NCBI GenBank assembly: GCA_902560075.1
Contig: CACEKE010000001.1
Span: 211,207-275,206 of the forward strand
Length of the DNA stretch: 64,000 bases
Source of the DNA: an uncultured Pelagibacteraceae bacterium
GTDB lineage: Bacteria > Pseudomonadota > Alphaproteobacteria > Pelagibacterales > Pelagibacteraceae
Reading direction: 5' to 3'
The translations under genes were made by a program, and so were the position numbers. Every line of letters starts with the position of its first letter. Within the stretch, counting starts at the first letter, position 1. Below the pieces are notes generated by a model. That model worked only from the letters and a program-made list of their open reading frames with translations, was not told the DNA's origin and made no database searches. Below are positions 27,062 to 36,053 of this stretch, piece after piece.

Positions 27062-29403
27062 TAATAAAAATTAAATATGTTGTTATTATTTAGCTTATAA
27101 TTTAAATTTTCACTTTGTTCAAAAGAGTTTTTATTAAAATTTTTGGTCTTAAAAGCTTCTATAATATTGTTATCAGAGCCATATTCAGCTTTTTTTCCAG
27201 TTTTAGAATCTACTACCATCATTTTTATATCTTTAGAAACTTTAAATGGTCTTGCATCGCTCTTACTTATTGCTTGTTTAATAAACTTTTTAAAAACTGG
27301 CATTGCTGTTTTAGCACCTGTTTCATATCTACCTAAACTTTTTGGTTCGTCATGACCAATATACACACCAACTACTAGATTGGAGGTAAAGCCAATAAAC
27401 CAGGTATCAGTATTCTTATTAGTGGTTCCAGTTTTTCCAGCTAAGTCTAGTTTTAATTCTCTTAAACCTTTGCCAGTTCCTCTTTGTATTGCCCCTTCTA
27501 GCATAGATGTCATTTGGTATGAGGTTTGTGGCGAAAAGACTTGTTCAAAACTGTCATCTATTACCGGCAAATTTTTACTTAAGTACGATATATTTTTACA
27601 ATTTTTGCAATATCTTGACTCAGAGTTAAAAATTGTATTACCCTGACTATCTTGAATTCTATCAATAATTATTGGATTAATTAATTTTCCACCATTTACA
27701 AATGAGCAATATGCTGATGACAATTTTAAAAGCGTTGTTTCAGCTGAGCCTAATGAAATTGATAGAAGTTTATCAGGATCTTTATAAATATTTAATTGTT
27801 TTGTAAGATTTACAATTTTCTCAAGACCAAGCTGTTGAGCAATTCTAACAGTCATAAGATTTCTTGATTTTTCTATACCAGTTCTTAAAGTTGATAAACC
27901 ATAAAACTTTTTTCCATAATTTTCAGGTTTCCATAATTTTAAGTCTTCGCCTTGATCAAATACAATCGGAGCATCTAAAACTAATGAAGATGGAGTAAAA
28001 TTATTTTCTAAAGCTAAAGCGTATACGAAAGGTTTAAAAGCTGATCCAGGTTGTCTTTTTGCTTGTGAAGCTCTATTAAACTCACTTTTCTTAAAACTAA
28101 AACCACCAGAAATAGCTTTTACTCTTCCGGTAAAGGGATCAATAACTACTATTGCTCCATTTGCCAAAGGTAATTGTCTTAGTTTATAGTTTTGATCATC
28201 TATTTTTTCTACGTAAATAATGTCTCCTATTTTTAGAATTTCCTCAAATTCTTTTTTTGTCCAAGTAATATCATTATAATTTATTATCCCATCAGAATTA
28301 TTTTCGGTTTCTATTAATACTTTAAATTTTTGAATTTTTTTCACTACAGCAAGCTCCCATTGTAAAGAGTTTTCCAATTTAAATTGTTTTAAGTTATTTG
28401 ACCAGTTTTTTGAGTAAATTATATTTTTTAACGGTCCTCTCCAACCTTTTCTTTGATCATATTCAATCAATCCATCTCTTAATGATTTTGTTGCGATAGT
28501 TTGTAATTTTAAATTTAACGGGGTTTTTATGTTAAAACCTTGTTTATACACTTTATCAAAGCCATATTTTTCAACTATATTTTTTCTAACATCCTCAACA
28601 TAATATCTAGCATCTTCTAAATAGATTTTTTTTCTTTTTTTTAATTTTATCTCGGAGCTTAATAATTCTTTCTTTTTTTCTAAGTTGATATAAGAATTTT
28701 CAAATAAGTTATTAATGACCAAATCTCTTCTAAATTTCGCTAATTCGGGATTTCTATATGGATTATATTTACTTGGAGCTTTAGGTAACGCTGCCAAGAG
28801 AGATGTCTCATCATATTCAAGTTCACTAATGGGTTTGTCAAAATAATTCAGACTAGCAGAGGCAACTCCATAACTTCCTTCTCCCAAATATATTTGATTT
28901 AAATATAATTCTAATATTCTTTCTTTGGTAAATGCCCTTTCAATTCTAAAAGCTAAAATAGCCTCTTTAATTTTTCTATCTAGGCTTACTTCATTAGAGA
29001 GTAAAAAGTTTTTGGCAACCTGTTGGGTAATAGTAGATGCGCCCTCAAGTCTCTTCGATAAAATTATATTAAAAATATTATTATAAACTGCTCTTATCAC
29101 TCCCTTTGCATCCACACCAGGATGATTAAAAAAATTTTTATCTTCTGCAGACAAAAAAGAATTAATTAACTTTTTTGGAATAGAATTATATGGAACAAAT
29201 ATTCTCTTCTCTGTTGAAAAATCTATAACCAATTCACCATCATCAGAATACAACTTACTGGATACAGGGGGCTTATAATTTTTTAAAAATTTATAATCGG
29301 GCAGTTTGTTAGAGTAATACCACAACAAGCTTGTTAGTGATACAAATGATAAAATAAGCAAAAGTAACAAACTTAAGAAAATTTTATTAATAAAATGACG
29401 CAT
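27061..29403 (-). CDS. mrcA: Penicillin-binding protein 1A (bifunctional glycosyltransferase/transpeptidase)
   Basis: 780 aa with GT51 motifs (EDKNFFNHPGVD, GASTITQQ) and transpeptidase motifs SAFKPF (SxxK) and KTGTT. Its stop shares one nt with the prfB ATG (TAATG). Confidence 0.9.
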   Translation of the reverse strand: MRHFINKIFLSLLLLLILSFVSLTSLLWYYSNKLPDYKFLKNYKPPVSSKLYSDDGELVIDFSTEKRIFVPYNSIPKKLINSFLSAEDKNFFNHPGVDAKGVIRAVYNNIFNIILSKRLEGASTITQQVAKNFLLSNEVSLDRKIKEAILAFRIERAFTKERILELYLNQIYLGEGSYGVASASLNYFDKPISELEYDETSLLAALPKAPSKYNPYRNPELAKFRRDLVINNLFENSYINLEKKKELLSSEIKLKKRKKIYLEDARYYVEDVRKNIVEKYGFDKVYKQGFNIKTPLNLKLQTIATKSLRDGLIEYDQRKGWRGPLKNIIYSKNWSNNLKQFKLENSLQWELAVVKKIQKFKVLIETENNSDGIINYNDITWTKKEFEEILKIGDIIYVEKIDDQNYKLRQLPLANGAIVVIDPFTGRVKAISGGFSFKKSEFNRASQAKRQPGSAFKPFVYALALENNFTPSSLVLDAPIVFDQGEDLKLWKPENYGKKFYGLSTLRTGIEKSRNLMTVRIAQQLGLEKIVNLTKQLNIYKDPDKLLSISLGSAETTLLKLSSAYCSFVNGGKLINPIIIDRIQDSQGNTIFNSESRYCKNCKNISYLSKNLPVIDDSFEQVFSPQTSYQMTSMLEGAIQRGTGKGLRELKLDLAGKTGTTNKNTDTWFIGFTSNLVVGVYIGHDEPKSLGRYETGAKTAMPVFKKFIKQAISKSDARPFKVSKDIKMMVVDSKTGKKAEYGSDNNIIEAFKTKNFNKNSFEQSENLNYKLNNNNIFNFY

Positions 29404-29478
29404 TTTAGTTTAAATTAGTTTGCGAATTTGTTAATGTTAAGGCACAGAATTTATAATGAAAAAAAATTATCTAAAAAT

Positions 29479-31233
29479 ATGGAAAAAAATCTATTTATTG
29501 ATGCATCGCATCCAAATGAAACTAGAGTTGTACTTAAATCAGAAAATAATATTGAAGATTACGAATACGAGAGTTTAAATAATACTTTAATTAAAAATAA
29601 TATTTATCTAGGCAAAGTAAGCAGAATAGAGCCATCTCTTCAAGCTGCATTCATTGATTTTGGAAGAGACAGACATGGTTTTTTATCTTTTAATGATATT
29701 CAAAGTGACTACTATCAATTACCAAAAGATGATTTGGAAAAGATAAAAAAGGAAGAGGAAAAGGCGAGAGAACTACTTTCCAAAGAAAGTGAAATTAATG
29801 AAATTTCACAAAGTGATAGAGTAGACGAAAGTAATGTTGTAGATAATGAAATTAAAAGTTCTGATTATGAGTTAGAGGAAAAAAAAAAAGAGAGAAAATA
29901 TCCTTCTAAAAGATATAAAATACAAGAAGTCATTAAGCCAAATCAAGTAATGCTCGTTCAAGTTCTTAAAGATGAAAGGGGTCTTAAAGGTGCCGCACTT
30001 AGTACCTTTATTTCAATAGCTGGTAAATTTATTGTTTTAATGCCAAATACTCCTAAAGGTGGAGGTATATCCAGAAAAATATTTAGCCCAGTTGACAGAA
30101 AAAAAATAAGATTAATACTAAATGAAATAGATATTCCAAAAGAGATGGGAATAATTGTTAGAACAGCCGGATCAAATAAAACAAAAAATGAAATAAATAA
30201 TGATCTTAAATCTTTAATAAATACTTGGGAGAAAATTAAAGGTAATGCATTAAATTCTATAGCACCTTCATTAATTCATCAAGAAAGTGACATAATTAGA
30301 AGAAGTTTAAGAGACATGTTTGATGATGAAACTCAAAGTATAATAGTTGAAGGTAATGAAGGATATCAAAAAACAAAGGGTTATGTTAAGGAAATGTTGC
30401 CTAAGCACTTGAAAAAAGTTAAAAAATATAGAGATAAAGTTCCATTATTCTTTAAAGAAAAAATTGAAACAAAATTATATGAGATTTTTAAAACAGAAGT
30501 TAAACTCTCATCTGGCGGTTATCTTGTTATTAATCCAACTGAGGCACTAATATCTATAGATGTAAATTCTGGAAAATCAATTAAGCAAAAAAATGTGGAA
30601 AATACAGCCCTAGATACAAATTTAGAGGCTGCAGAGGAGATATCTCGGCAAATAAAAATAAGAGATCTTTCAGGATTAATTATCATAGATTTTATTGATA
30701 TGATAAGTTTCAATAACAAGCGTACAGTTGAAAGAAGGCTTAAAGATAGATGTAGAAAAGATAGAGCCAGAATCCAAATTGGAAGAATTAGTAATTTTGG
30801 CTTACTGGAGATGTCTAGACAAAGGTTGAGAGAAAGTAATGTTAAATGGCAAATCAAATTAACAAAAGAATCGTATGCAATAAAAATTTTAAAGTTATTA
30901 GAACTAAAATCAATTGAAAACAAAGCAAAATTTATAGAGATGAGGATTAATGAGAGCATTAAAACTTTTATAGAGGATAACTTAATAGAAAATTTAAATT
31001 ACTTTAAAAATAAAAATAAATTAAAAGTAAGCTTAGAAAAAGATAATAATTTCGATATTTCAGAATATGTAATAGAATTTAAATCAAAAAATAATAAGCT
31101 ATTAGAAAAGATAGAGAATATTTCATTATTAAAAAATAATTTAATTGAAGAACAATTGGATAATAAAAAAATATTAAAATTTAAAAAAAAGAATTTTTAT
31201 AAAAAAAAGTTTTATAGGAAAAAAGCTAAATAA
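29479..31233 (+). CDS. rne: Ribonuclease E/G family endoribonuclease (compact form)
   Basis: It has an S1 domain ([21 protein letters not shown]) and catalytic regions ([17 protein letters not shown]). I place the start at ATG 29479 ([10 protein letters not shown]...); the track ORF starts at 29428. The C-terminal tail is Lys-rich. Confidence 0.85.
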   Translation: MEKNLFIDASHPNETRVVLKSENNIEDYEYESLNNTLIKNNIYLGKVSRIEPSLQAAFIDFGRDRHGFLSFNDIQSDYYQLPKDDLEKIKKEEEKARELLSKESEINEISQSDRVDESNVVDNEIKSSDYELEEKKKERKYPSKRYKIQEVIKPNQVMLVQVLKDERGLKGAALSTFISIAGKFIVLMPNTPKGGGISRKIFSPVDRKKIRLILNEIDIPKEMGIIVRTAGSNKTKNEINNDLKSLINTWEKIKGNALNSIAPSLIHQESDIIRRSLRDMFDDETQSIIVEGNEGYQKTKGYVKEMLPKHLKKVKKYRDKVPLFFKEKIETKLYEIFKTEVKLSSGGYLVINPTEALISIDVNSGKSIKQKNVENTALDTNLEAAEEISRQIKIRDLSGLIIIDFIDMISFNNKRTVERRLKDRCRKDRARIQIGRISNFGLLEMSRQRLRESNVKWQIKLTKESYAIKILKLLELKSIENKAKFIEMRINESIKTFIEDNLIENLNYFKNKNKLKVSLEKDNNFDISEYVIEFKSKNNKLLEKIENISLLKNNLIEEQLDNKKILKFKKKNFYKKKFYRKKAK

Positions 31234-31999
31234 TACCCTTTTTTGGAGATGAAGCCGATCCGTAAATACTTTTTTTAATTCTTCCCGATAAATAAGATTT
31301 TCTACCAGAAATAACAGCATATTTCATTGCTTCAGCCATCAAATATGGTTTTTTTGCTTTTGCAATAGCTGTGTTTATCAATACTCCATCGCTACCTAAT
31401 TGCATTGCTTCAGCTGCATCTTTTGCGTCCCCTAAACCAGCATCTACAATTAATGGTAATTTTGTTTGTTGTCTTATAATCTTTAAATTAACTCTATTTA
31501 AAATTCCTAAACCTGATCCAATGGGTGAGGCTAGAGGCATTATTGCTGATGCACCCGCACTTTCTAATCTTTTAGCCATTAGTGGATCATCACTACAATA
31601 AACCATCACTTTAAAACCCTCTTTAACTAAAATCTCTGTTGATTTTAAAGTTTCTATCATATCGGGAAATAGGTTTTTTTTATCACCTAAAACTTCTAAT
31701 TTCACTAATTTCCAACCACCTATTTCTCTAGCCAGTCTAAGAGTCCTTAAAGCTTCATCTGATGTAAAACAACCTGCTGTATTAGGTAAGTAGGTAATTT
31801 TTTTTGGGTCGATATAATCCATTAAGATTGGTTTTGACCTATCAAATATATTTACTCTTCGTACAGCAACAGTAACTATCTCTGCACCCGAAAGTTTCAC
31901 TGATTTAGAACATTCTAAAAAATTTTTGTATTTTCCGGTCCCAACTATAAGGCGAGATTTGTATCCTTTATTAGCAATTATAAGTTTATCTTTACTCAT
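31226..31999 (-). CDS. thiG: Thiazole synthase
   Basis: 257 aa with LPNTAGC, the MPL.SPIGSG region and VLINTAIA. Confidence 0.95.
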   Translation of the reverse strand: MSKDKLIIANKGYKSRLIVGTGKYKNFLECSKSVKLSGAEIVTVAVRRVNIFDRSKPILMDYIDPKKITYLPNTAGCFTSDEALRTLRLAREIGGWKLVKLEVLGDKKNLFPDMIETLKSTEILVKEGFKVMVYCSDDPLMAKRLESAGASAIMPLASPIGSGLGILNRVNLKIIRQQTKLPLIVDAGLGDAKDAAEAMQLGSDGVLINTAIAKAKKPYLMAEAMKYAVISGRKSYLSGRIKKSIYGSASSPKKGII

Positions 32000-32002
32000 A
32001 TT

Positions 32003-32221
32003 TTAACCACCACCAATAAAGTGAACTATTTCAATACGATCATTTTGTTTAAGTATTATTTTTTTAAGCTTTTTTTTGTCTACAATTTTTTTATTTAATT
32101 CTATTGCAACCATTTTCTTAGGAATATCTAACTTATTAATAAATTCTTTTAAAGAGTAGTTATTATTTACAATATAATTTTTACCATTTACTCTAATTTT
32201 TATTTTATTTTTTTTTATCAT
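32003..32221 (-). CDS. thiS: Sulfur-carrier protein ThiS
   Basis: 72 aa starting at ATG 32221 (MIKKNKIKIRVNGK...) and ending in the diagnostic C-terminal GG. The track ORF extends a further 37 codons upstream into aroQ, which looks spurious. Confidence 0.85.
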   Translation of the reverse strand: MIKKNKIKIRVNGKNYIVNNNYSLKEFINKLDIPKKMVAIELNKKIVDKKKLKKIILKQNDRIEIVHFIGGG

Positions 32222-32237
32222 ATAATATAAGTCAACC

Positions 32238-32684
32238 GTGAATAAAAAAATTCTAATTATAAATGGTCCAAATCTTAATCTATTAGGAGAGAGAGAACAA
32301 TCCCAATATGGCAAAAACACTCTTAACAACATTCAAAATCAATGTACTAAATTATCTGAAGATTTTAATGACAAAATAGAGTTTTTTCAGTCAAATATTG
32401 AGGGTGAAATTGTAAATAAAATCCAACAAGCAAGAAATGAATTTCATGGTGTTATTATTAATGCTGCGGGATTTACTCATACGTCTGTTTCAATAAGGGA
32501 TGCATTGGAAATTTTAAAAATACCTGTAATTGAGGTACATATATCAAATATTTACAAAAGAGAGGAATTTAGACAAAAATCTTTGTTAAGTGGAGTTGTC
32601 ACTGGTGGAATTTTTGGTTTAGGAGCAGACTGTTATATTTTGGCCATAAAGGCATTGCAATCTTTAATGAAAAATGGAAATTGA
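32238..32684 (+). CDS. aroQ: 3-dehydroquinate dehydratase type II
   Basis: 148 aa with a GTG start. Motifs: ILIINGPNLNLLGERE, NAAGFTHTSV and EVHISNI. Confidence 0.95.
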   Translation: MNKKILIINGPNLNLLGEREQSQYGKNTLNNIQNQCTKLSEDFNDKIEFFQSNIEGEIVNKIQQARNEFHGVIINAAGFTHTSVSIRDALEILKIPVIEVHISNIYKREEFRQKSLLSGVVTGGIFGLGADCYILAIKALQSLMKNGN

Positions 32685-33039
32685 TAAAAAAATTATACTA
32701 AAACTAATACAAACTCTAGAGGAGTTAAAAAAATCAATCCAAGGACAAAATTTAATTGTTTCAGATGAAACACAAGAAGTTAAAGAAGATTTTGTGTCAT
32801 CAGATAATGTTGTAGTTAAAAGTCCAATAGTTGGCACTGCTTATTTAGCACCAGAACCAGGAGCTAAAACTTTTGTCGCGGAAGGAAAGAAAATTAAAAA
32901 GGGTGAAACGGTTATGATAGTAGAAGCAATGAAAACTATGAATCATATACCATCCCCATCAGAAGGAGTAGTAAAAAAAATTTGTGTTGAAGATGGAGCA
33001 CCAGTTGAATTTGGTCAACATTTAATTATCCTAGAATAA
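32674..33039 (+). CDS. accB: Biotin carboxyl carrier protein (short form)
   Basis: 121 aa with the biotinyl-Lys motif EAMKTMN. It lies directly upstream of accC. Confidence 0.9.
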   Translation: MEIDKKIILKLIQTLEELKKSIQGQNLIVSDETQEVKEDFVSSDNVVVKSPIVGTAYLAPEPGAKTFVAEGKKIKKGETVMIVEAMKTMNHIPSPSEGVVKKICVEDGAPVEFGQHLIILE

Positions 33040-34376
33040 TGTTTAAAAAAATTTTGATTGCTAATAGAGGTGAAATAGCTGTTAGAGTAATAAGAGCTTG
33101 TAAAGAATGGGGTATATCAACAGTAGCGATACACTCTGATGTAGACAAAGATAGCATGCACGTCAAACTTGCTGATGAAAGTATATGTATAGGATCACAT
33201 AAACCTGTAAATAGTTATTTAAATATTCCCGCTATTTTATCTGCAGTAGAACTTACTAATTCTGATGCAGTGCATCCTGGTTACGGTTTTTTATCTGAAA
33301 ATTATAAATTTGTAAAAATACTTGAGGAATATAATATCAAATTCGTAGGACCATCATCTAAATTAATAAAGATGATGGGTGATAAAATTGAGGCAAAAAA
33401 AATTGCTAAACAACATGGTTTACCAATTATTGAAGGATCGGATGGTGGAATTTCAGATGTTAATGAGGCAAAGAAATTATGTAAAAATATTGGTTTTCCA
33501 GTATTAATAAAAGCTGCTGGTGGTGGAGGTGGTAGAGGTATGAAGATAGTAAATAGTGAAAATGAGTTTGAGCCACAATTTAAAAATGCAAAATTAGAAG
33601 CAAAAAAATACTTTGCTAATGATGAAGTTTATATCGAAAAATTCTTTCAAAACCCTAGACATATTGAAGTTCAAATACTATCAGGCAAAAATAGAACTGT
33701 TCATCTTTACGAAAGAGACTGCTCTGTTCAAAGAAGACATCAAAAATTAATTGAAGAAACACCTAGTCCAGTCTTATCTGAGAAAGTTAGACAAGATTTA
33801 TTAGAAAAAACAGTAAAAATGGTTGAAAAAATTGGATATGAGGGAGCTGGGACTGTTGAATTTATATATGAAGATGGAAAATATTTTTTTCTAGAAATGA
33901 ATACAAGAGTTCAAGTTGAACATCCTGTAACGGAGGTTGTGACTGGAATAGATATTATTAAAGAGCAAATTAGAATTGCTTTTTATGGAGAAACATCATT
34001 AAAACAAAGTGATATCAGGCCTAGAGGGCATGCAATTGAATGCAGAATAAATGCAGAGGATGCGAGTAAAAACTTTCAACCATCTCCAGGTATAATAACC
34101 ATGTGTCATCAACCATCAGGATTTAGAACTCGGGTAGATAGTTCAATATATCAAGGTTATAAGGTAACTCCATATTACGATAGTATGATTTGTAAACTAA
34201 TCTGTCATGGTAGAGATAGATATGAAGCCATACAAAGAACCAAAAGGTCTTTAGATGAATTTGTTATTGATGGTATTACTACTACTATAGACTTGCATAA
34301 AAAATTATTAAACCATAAAAAGTTTATAAACTCTGATTTTAATGTGAATTGGCTTGATAATGAAAAAATTATTTAA
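33039..34376 (+). CDS. accC: Biotin carboxylase
   Basis: 445 aa with an ATP-grasp fold (KAAGGGGGRGM, EMNTRVQVEHPVTE). The start overlaps the accB stop (TAATG). Confidence 0.95.
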   Translation: MFKKILIANRGEIAVRVIRACKEWGISTVAIHSDVDKDSMHVKLADESICIGSHKPVNSYLNIPAILSAVELTNSDAVHPGYGFLSENYKFVKILEEYNIKFVGPSSKLIKMMGDKIEAKKIAKQHGLPIIEGSDGGISDVNEAKKLCKNIGFPVLIKAAGGGGGRGMKIVNSENEFEPQFKNAKLEAKKYFANDEVYIEKFFQNPRHIEVQILSGKNRTVHLYERDCSVQRRHQKLIEETPSPVLSEKVRQDLLEKTVKMVEKIGYEGAGTVEFIYEDGKYFFLEMNTRVQVEHPVTEVVTGIDIIKEQIRIAFYGETSLKQSDIRPRGHAIECRINAEDASKNFQPSPGIITMCHQPSGFRTRVDSSIYQGYKVTPYYDSMICKLICHGRDRYEAIQRTKRSLDEFVIDGITTTIDLHKKLLNHKKFINSDFNVNWLDNEKII

Positions 34377-34777
34377 TTAAAACATTTTTTTAACCAAATA
34401 TCATATATAGGATGATCAAATGGGTTTAAAGTTGGACTAGATGCAAAAGTCCATCCATTAAAAGTATAAACTTTATCTTTATTCTTAATATTGTTATCTC
34501 TAACTTGCAAATATGCTGTTATTTCTGGATTATCATCAAATTCTGAATTTTTACATTTTAAAGCTTTAATGCTTAGATTTTTAAATTTTTGTTCTTCGCC
34601 AATTTTCAGCACTAATGTAAAGTTTTTTGAATTTACCTTATCCAAAATTTTTATCTCTACAAATTTTCCAAATAAAGTCTCGTTGGAAAACGAGCTAGTT
34701 TGAAGAAAATAAAATAAAAAAAAAAAAATAAAAAAAAATTTAGTTTTTCCAAGTATTATATTTTTTTTTGGTTGCAT
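34373..34777 (-). CDS. Exported small protein in the DUF2155 position (function unknown)
   Basis: About 134 aa from ATG 34777, with a poly-Phe signal peptide (KTKFFFIFFFLFYFLQTSSFS). It lies immediately downstream of the NDUFA12-like gene, which as I recall is the usual alphaproteobacterial context of DUF2155. The start is uncertain; it overlaps the upstream gene by 38 nt. Confidence 0.5.
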   Translation of the reverse strand: MQPKKNIILGKTKFFFIFFFLFYFLQTSSFSNETLFGKFVEIKILDKVNSKNFTLVLKIGEEQKFKNLSIKALKCKNSEFDDNPEITAYLQVRDNNIKNKDKVYTFNGWTFASSPTLNPFDHPIYDIWLKKCFN

Positions 34778-35099
34778 TTTTGTTATTTTCTGGATGATAT
34801 GCTTTATCAGTGCCTGTCGCATTTGGCTTATGTTCTTTTTGCCAATCATATTTATTAAATTTATTGACTTTCTCTATTTGATTTTTTGTAAAATGCATCC
34901 AAGAATACCACTCTTGGGGGATATTTGAAGCATCTGTTTCATTTTTATAAATTACCCACCTTCTACCATTTTTATCTGTGTAGTATTTGTTTCCTAATTG
35001 ATCTGTTCCAACTAGTTTACCAAAAATTAAAGTATTAATTCTTGTTCCAAGAGTTTGGCGATTCCACCAAATAAAAATTTCTTTGAATATAGTCAACAT
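34740..35099 (-). CDS. NDUFA12-family protein (complex I 17.2-kDa subunit homologue)
   Basis: 119 aa. Its WWNRQTLGT...GKLVGTDQLGNKYY...RRWVIY...IPQEWYSWMH pattern is typical of bacterial NDUFA12 homologues. Confidence 0.8.
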   Translation of the reverse strand: MLTIFKEIFIWWNRQTLGTRINTLIFGKLVGTDQLGNKYYTDKNGRRWVIYKNETDASNIPQEWYSWMHFTKNQIEKVNKFNKYDWQKEHKPNATGTDKAYHPENNKNATKKKYNTWKN

Positions 35100-35117
35100 T
35101 ATTTTTTTTCAATTTTA

Positions 35118-35135
35118 AATTGTATAAATACAATT
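35118..35135. promoter_or_regulatory. 18-bp perfect palindrome in a divergent promoter region (candidate operator)
   Basis: AATTGTAT-AA-ATACAATT has two exact 8-bp arms. The half-site ATACAATT recurs at 35181-35188, and a related TTTGTATAT lies at 35151-35159. Confidence 0.4.
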
Positions 35136-35204
35136 AGACTAAATATCATTTTTGTATATATATATTTTACTCGACTCAAAATACAATTTTAAAAAGGAAA
35201 TAAA

Positions 35205-36047
35205 ATGGCAAAATATTTAGTTGAAAGTTATTATACCTGCAGCTTCAAAGTTAAGCATTATATTGATAATTTAAGTGAAAAAGAGTTAGAAGATCTTGAC
35301 CAGAGAGAAGATGGAAAATTTGAAGTATTAGATATTAAATTAGATAATAGAAAGACAAAAAATCTTGAAAATATTGATAAAAATAACGAAGTAATCCAAA
35401 AAAAAATGGAAATAAATAATAATTCTAGCACTCAACAGGATATTAAACAGAGTTTTAATAAACAAAATCTTATTAGCAAAGTGTCAGATGGAATAAGTAA
35501 AAGGTTTAGCATGCCTGATAGACGGAAAGGATACATACAAAAAGCAAGCATAGACAATCATAAGGTATATTTACATACTGGTGAGTATGAAGATGGCAAG
35601 ATTGGTGAAATATTTATTGATACAAGTAAAGAGGGCGAGCTTGTTAAGGCTTTAATGAATAATTTTGCAATAGCTATATCTTTAGGTTTGCAATATGGAG
35701 TACCACTTGACGAGTACGTCAACGCTTATGTTGATACAAAATTTGAGCCCTCTGGTAAAGTTTACGGCAATGACAGGATTTTAAGCGCTAGCTCAATATT
35801 AGATTATATTTTCAGGGAATTAGCAATTTCATATTTAAATCGTGAAGATTTAGCTCATACACCTTCAATTGCTGTTACAAATGTTGATAAAAATACTGAA
35901 AAAAACAATTCAGATGAAAATGAGGATCAGCAACAAATATTAAAAATAGTAAAAGATATTACCAGCAAAGGTTTTGTAAGAAATAATTACAAAAAAAAAC
36001 TTGTAGATTTATCTGATATAAAATTAAATTTAAAAGGTAAAAAATAA
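35205..36047 (+). CDS. Stand-alone protein resembling the C-terminal region of class II (B12-dependent) ribonucleotide reductase NrdJ
   Basis: 280 aa. Residues ~105-215 read [106 protein letters not shown]. From memory, this closely parallels a conserved block near the C-terminus of long alphaproteobacterial/actinobacterial NrdJ. No catalytic-barrel sequence is present. AAGGAA lies upstream of the ATG. Confidence 0.6.
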   Translation: MAKYLVESYYTCSFKVKHYIDNLSEKELEDLDQREDGKFEVLDIKLDNRKTKNLENIDKNNEVIQKKMEINNNSSTQQDIKQSFNKQNLISKVSDGISKRFSMPDRRKGYIQKASIDNHKVYLHTGEYEDGKIGEIFIDTSKEGELVKALMNNFAIAISLGLQYGVPLDEYVNAYVDTKFEPSGKVYGNDRILSASSILDYIFRELAISYLNREDLAHTPSIAVTNVDKNTEKNNSDENEDQQQILKIVKDITSKGFVRNNYKKKLVDLSDIKLNLKGKK

Positions 36048-36053
36048 AAGAAA

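Noticed and set aside
32222-32332. A 109-aa version of the thiS ORF extending into aroQ.
   Set aside because: ThiS proteins are about 65-75 aa. The extension is antisense to well-conserved aroQ codons and has no ThiS similarity.
35118-35170. Calling the palindromes upstream of the NrdJ-like gene NrdR boxes.
   Set aside because: The half-site orientation and the key C/G positions differ from the NrdR consensus as I remember it (acaCwAtATaTwGtgt). The spacing between the two elements (about 34 bp centre to centre) is also off the usual ~31-32 bp. I kept it as a generic candidate operator only.
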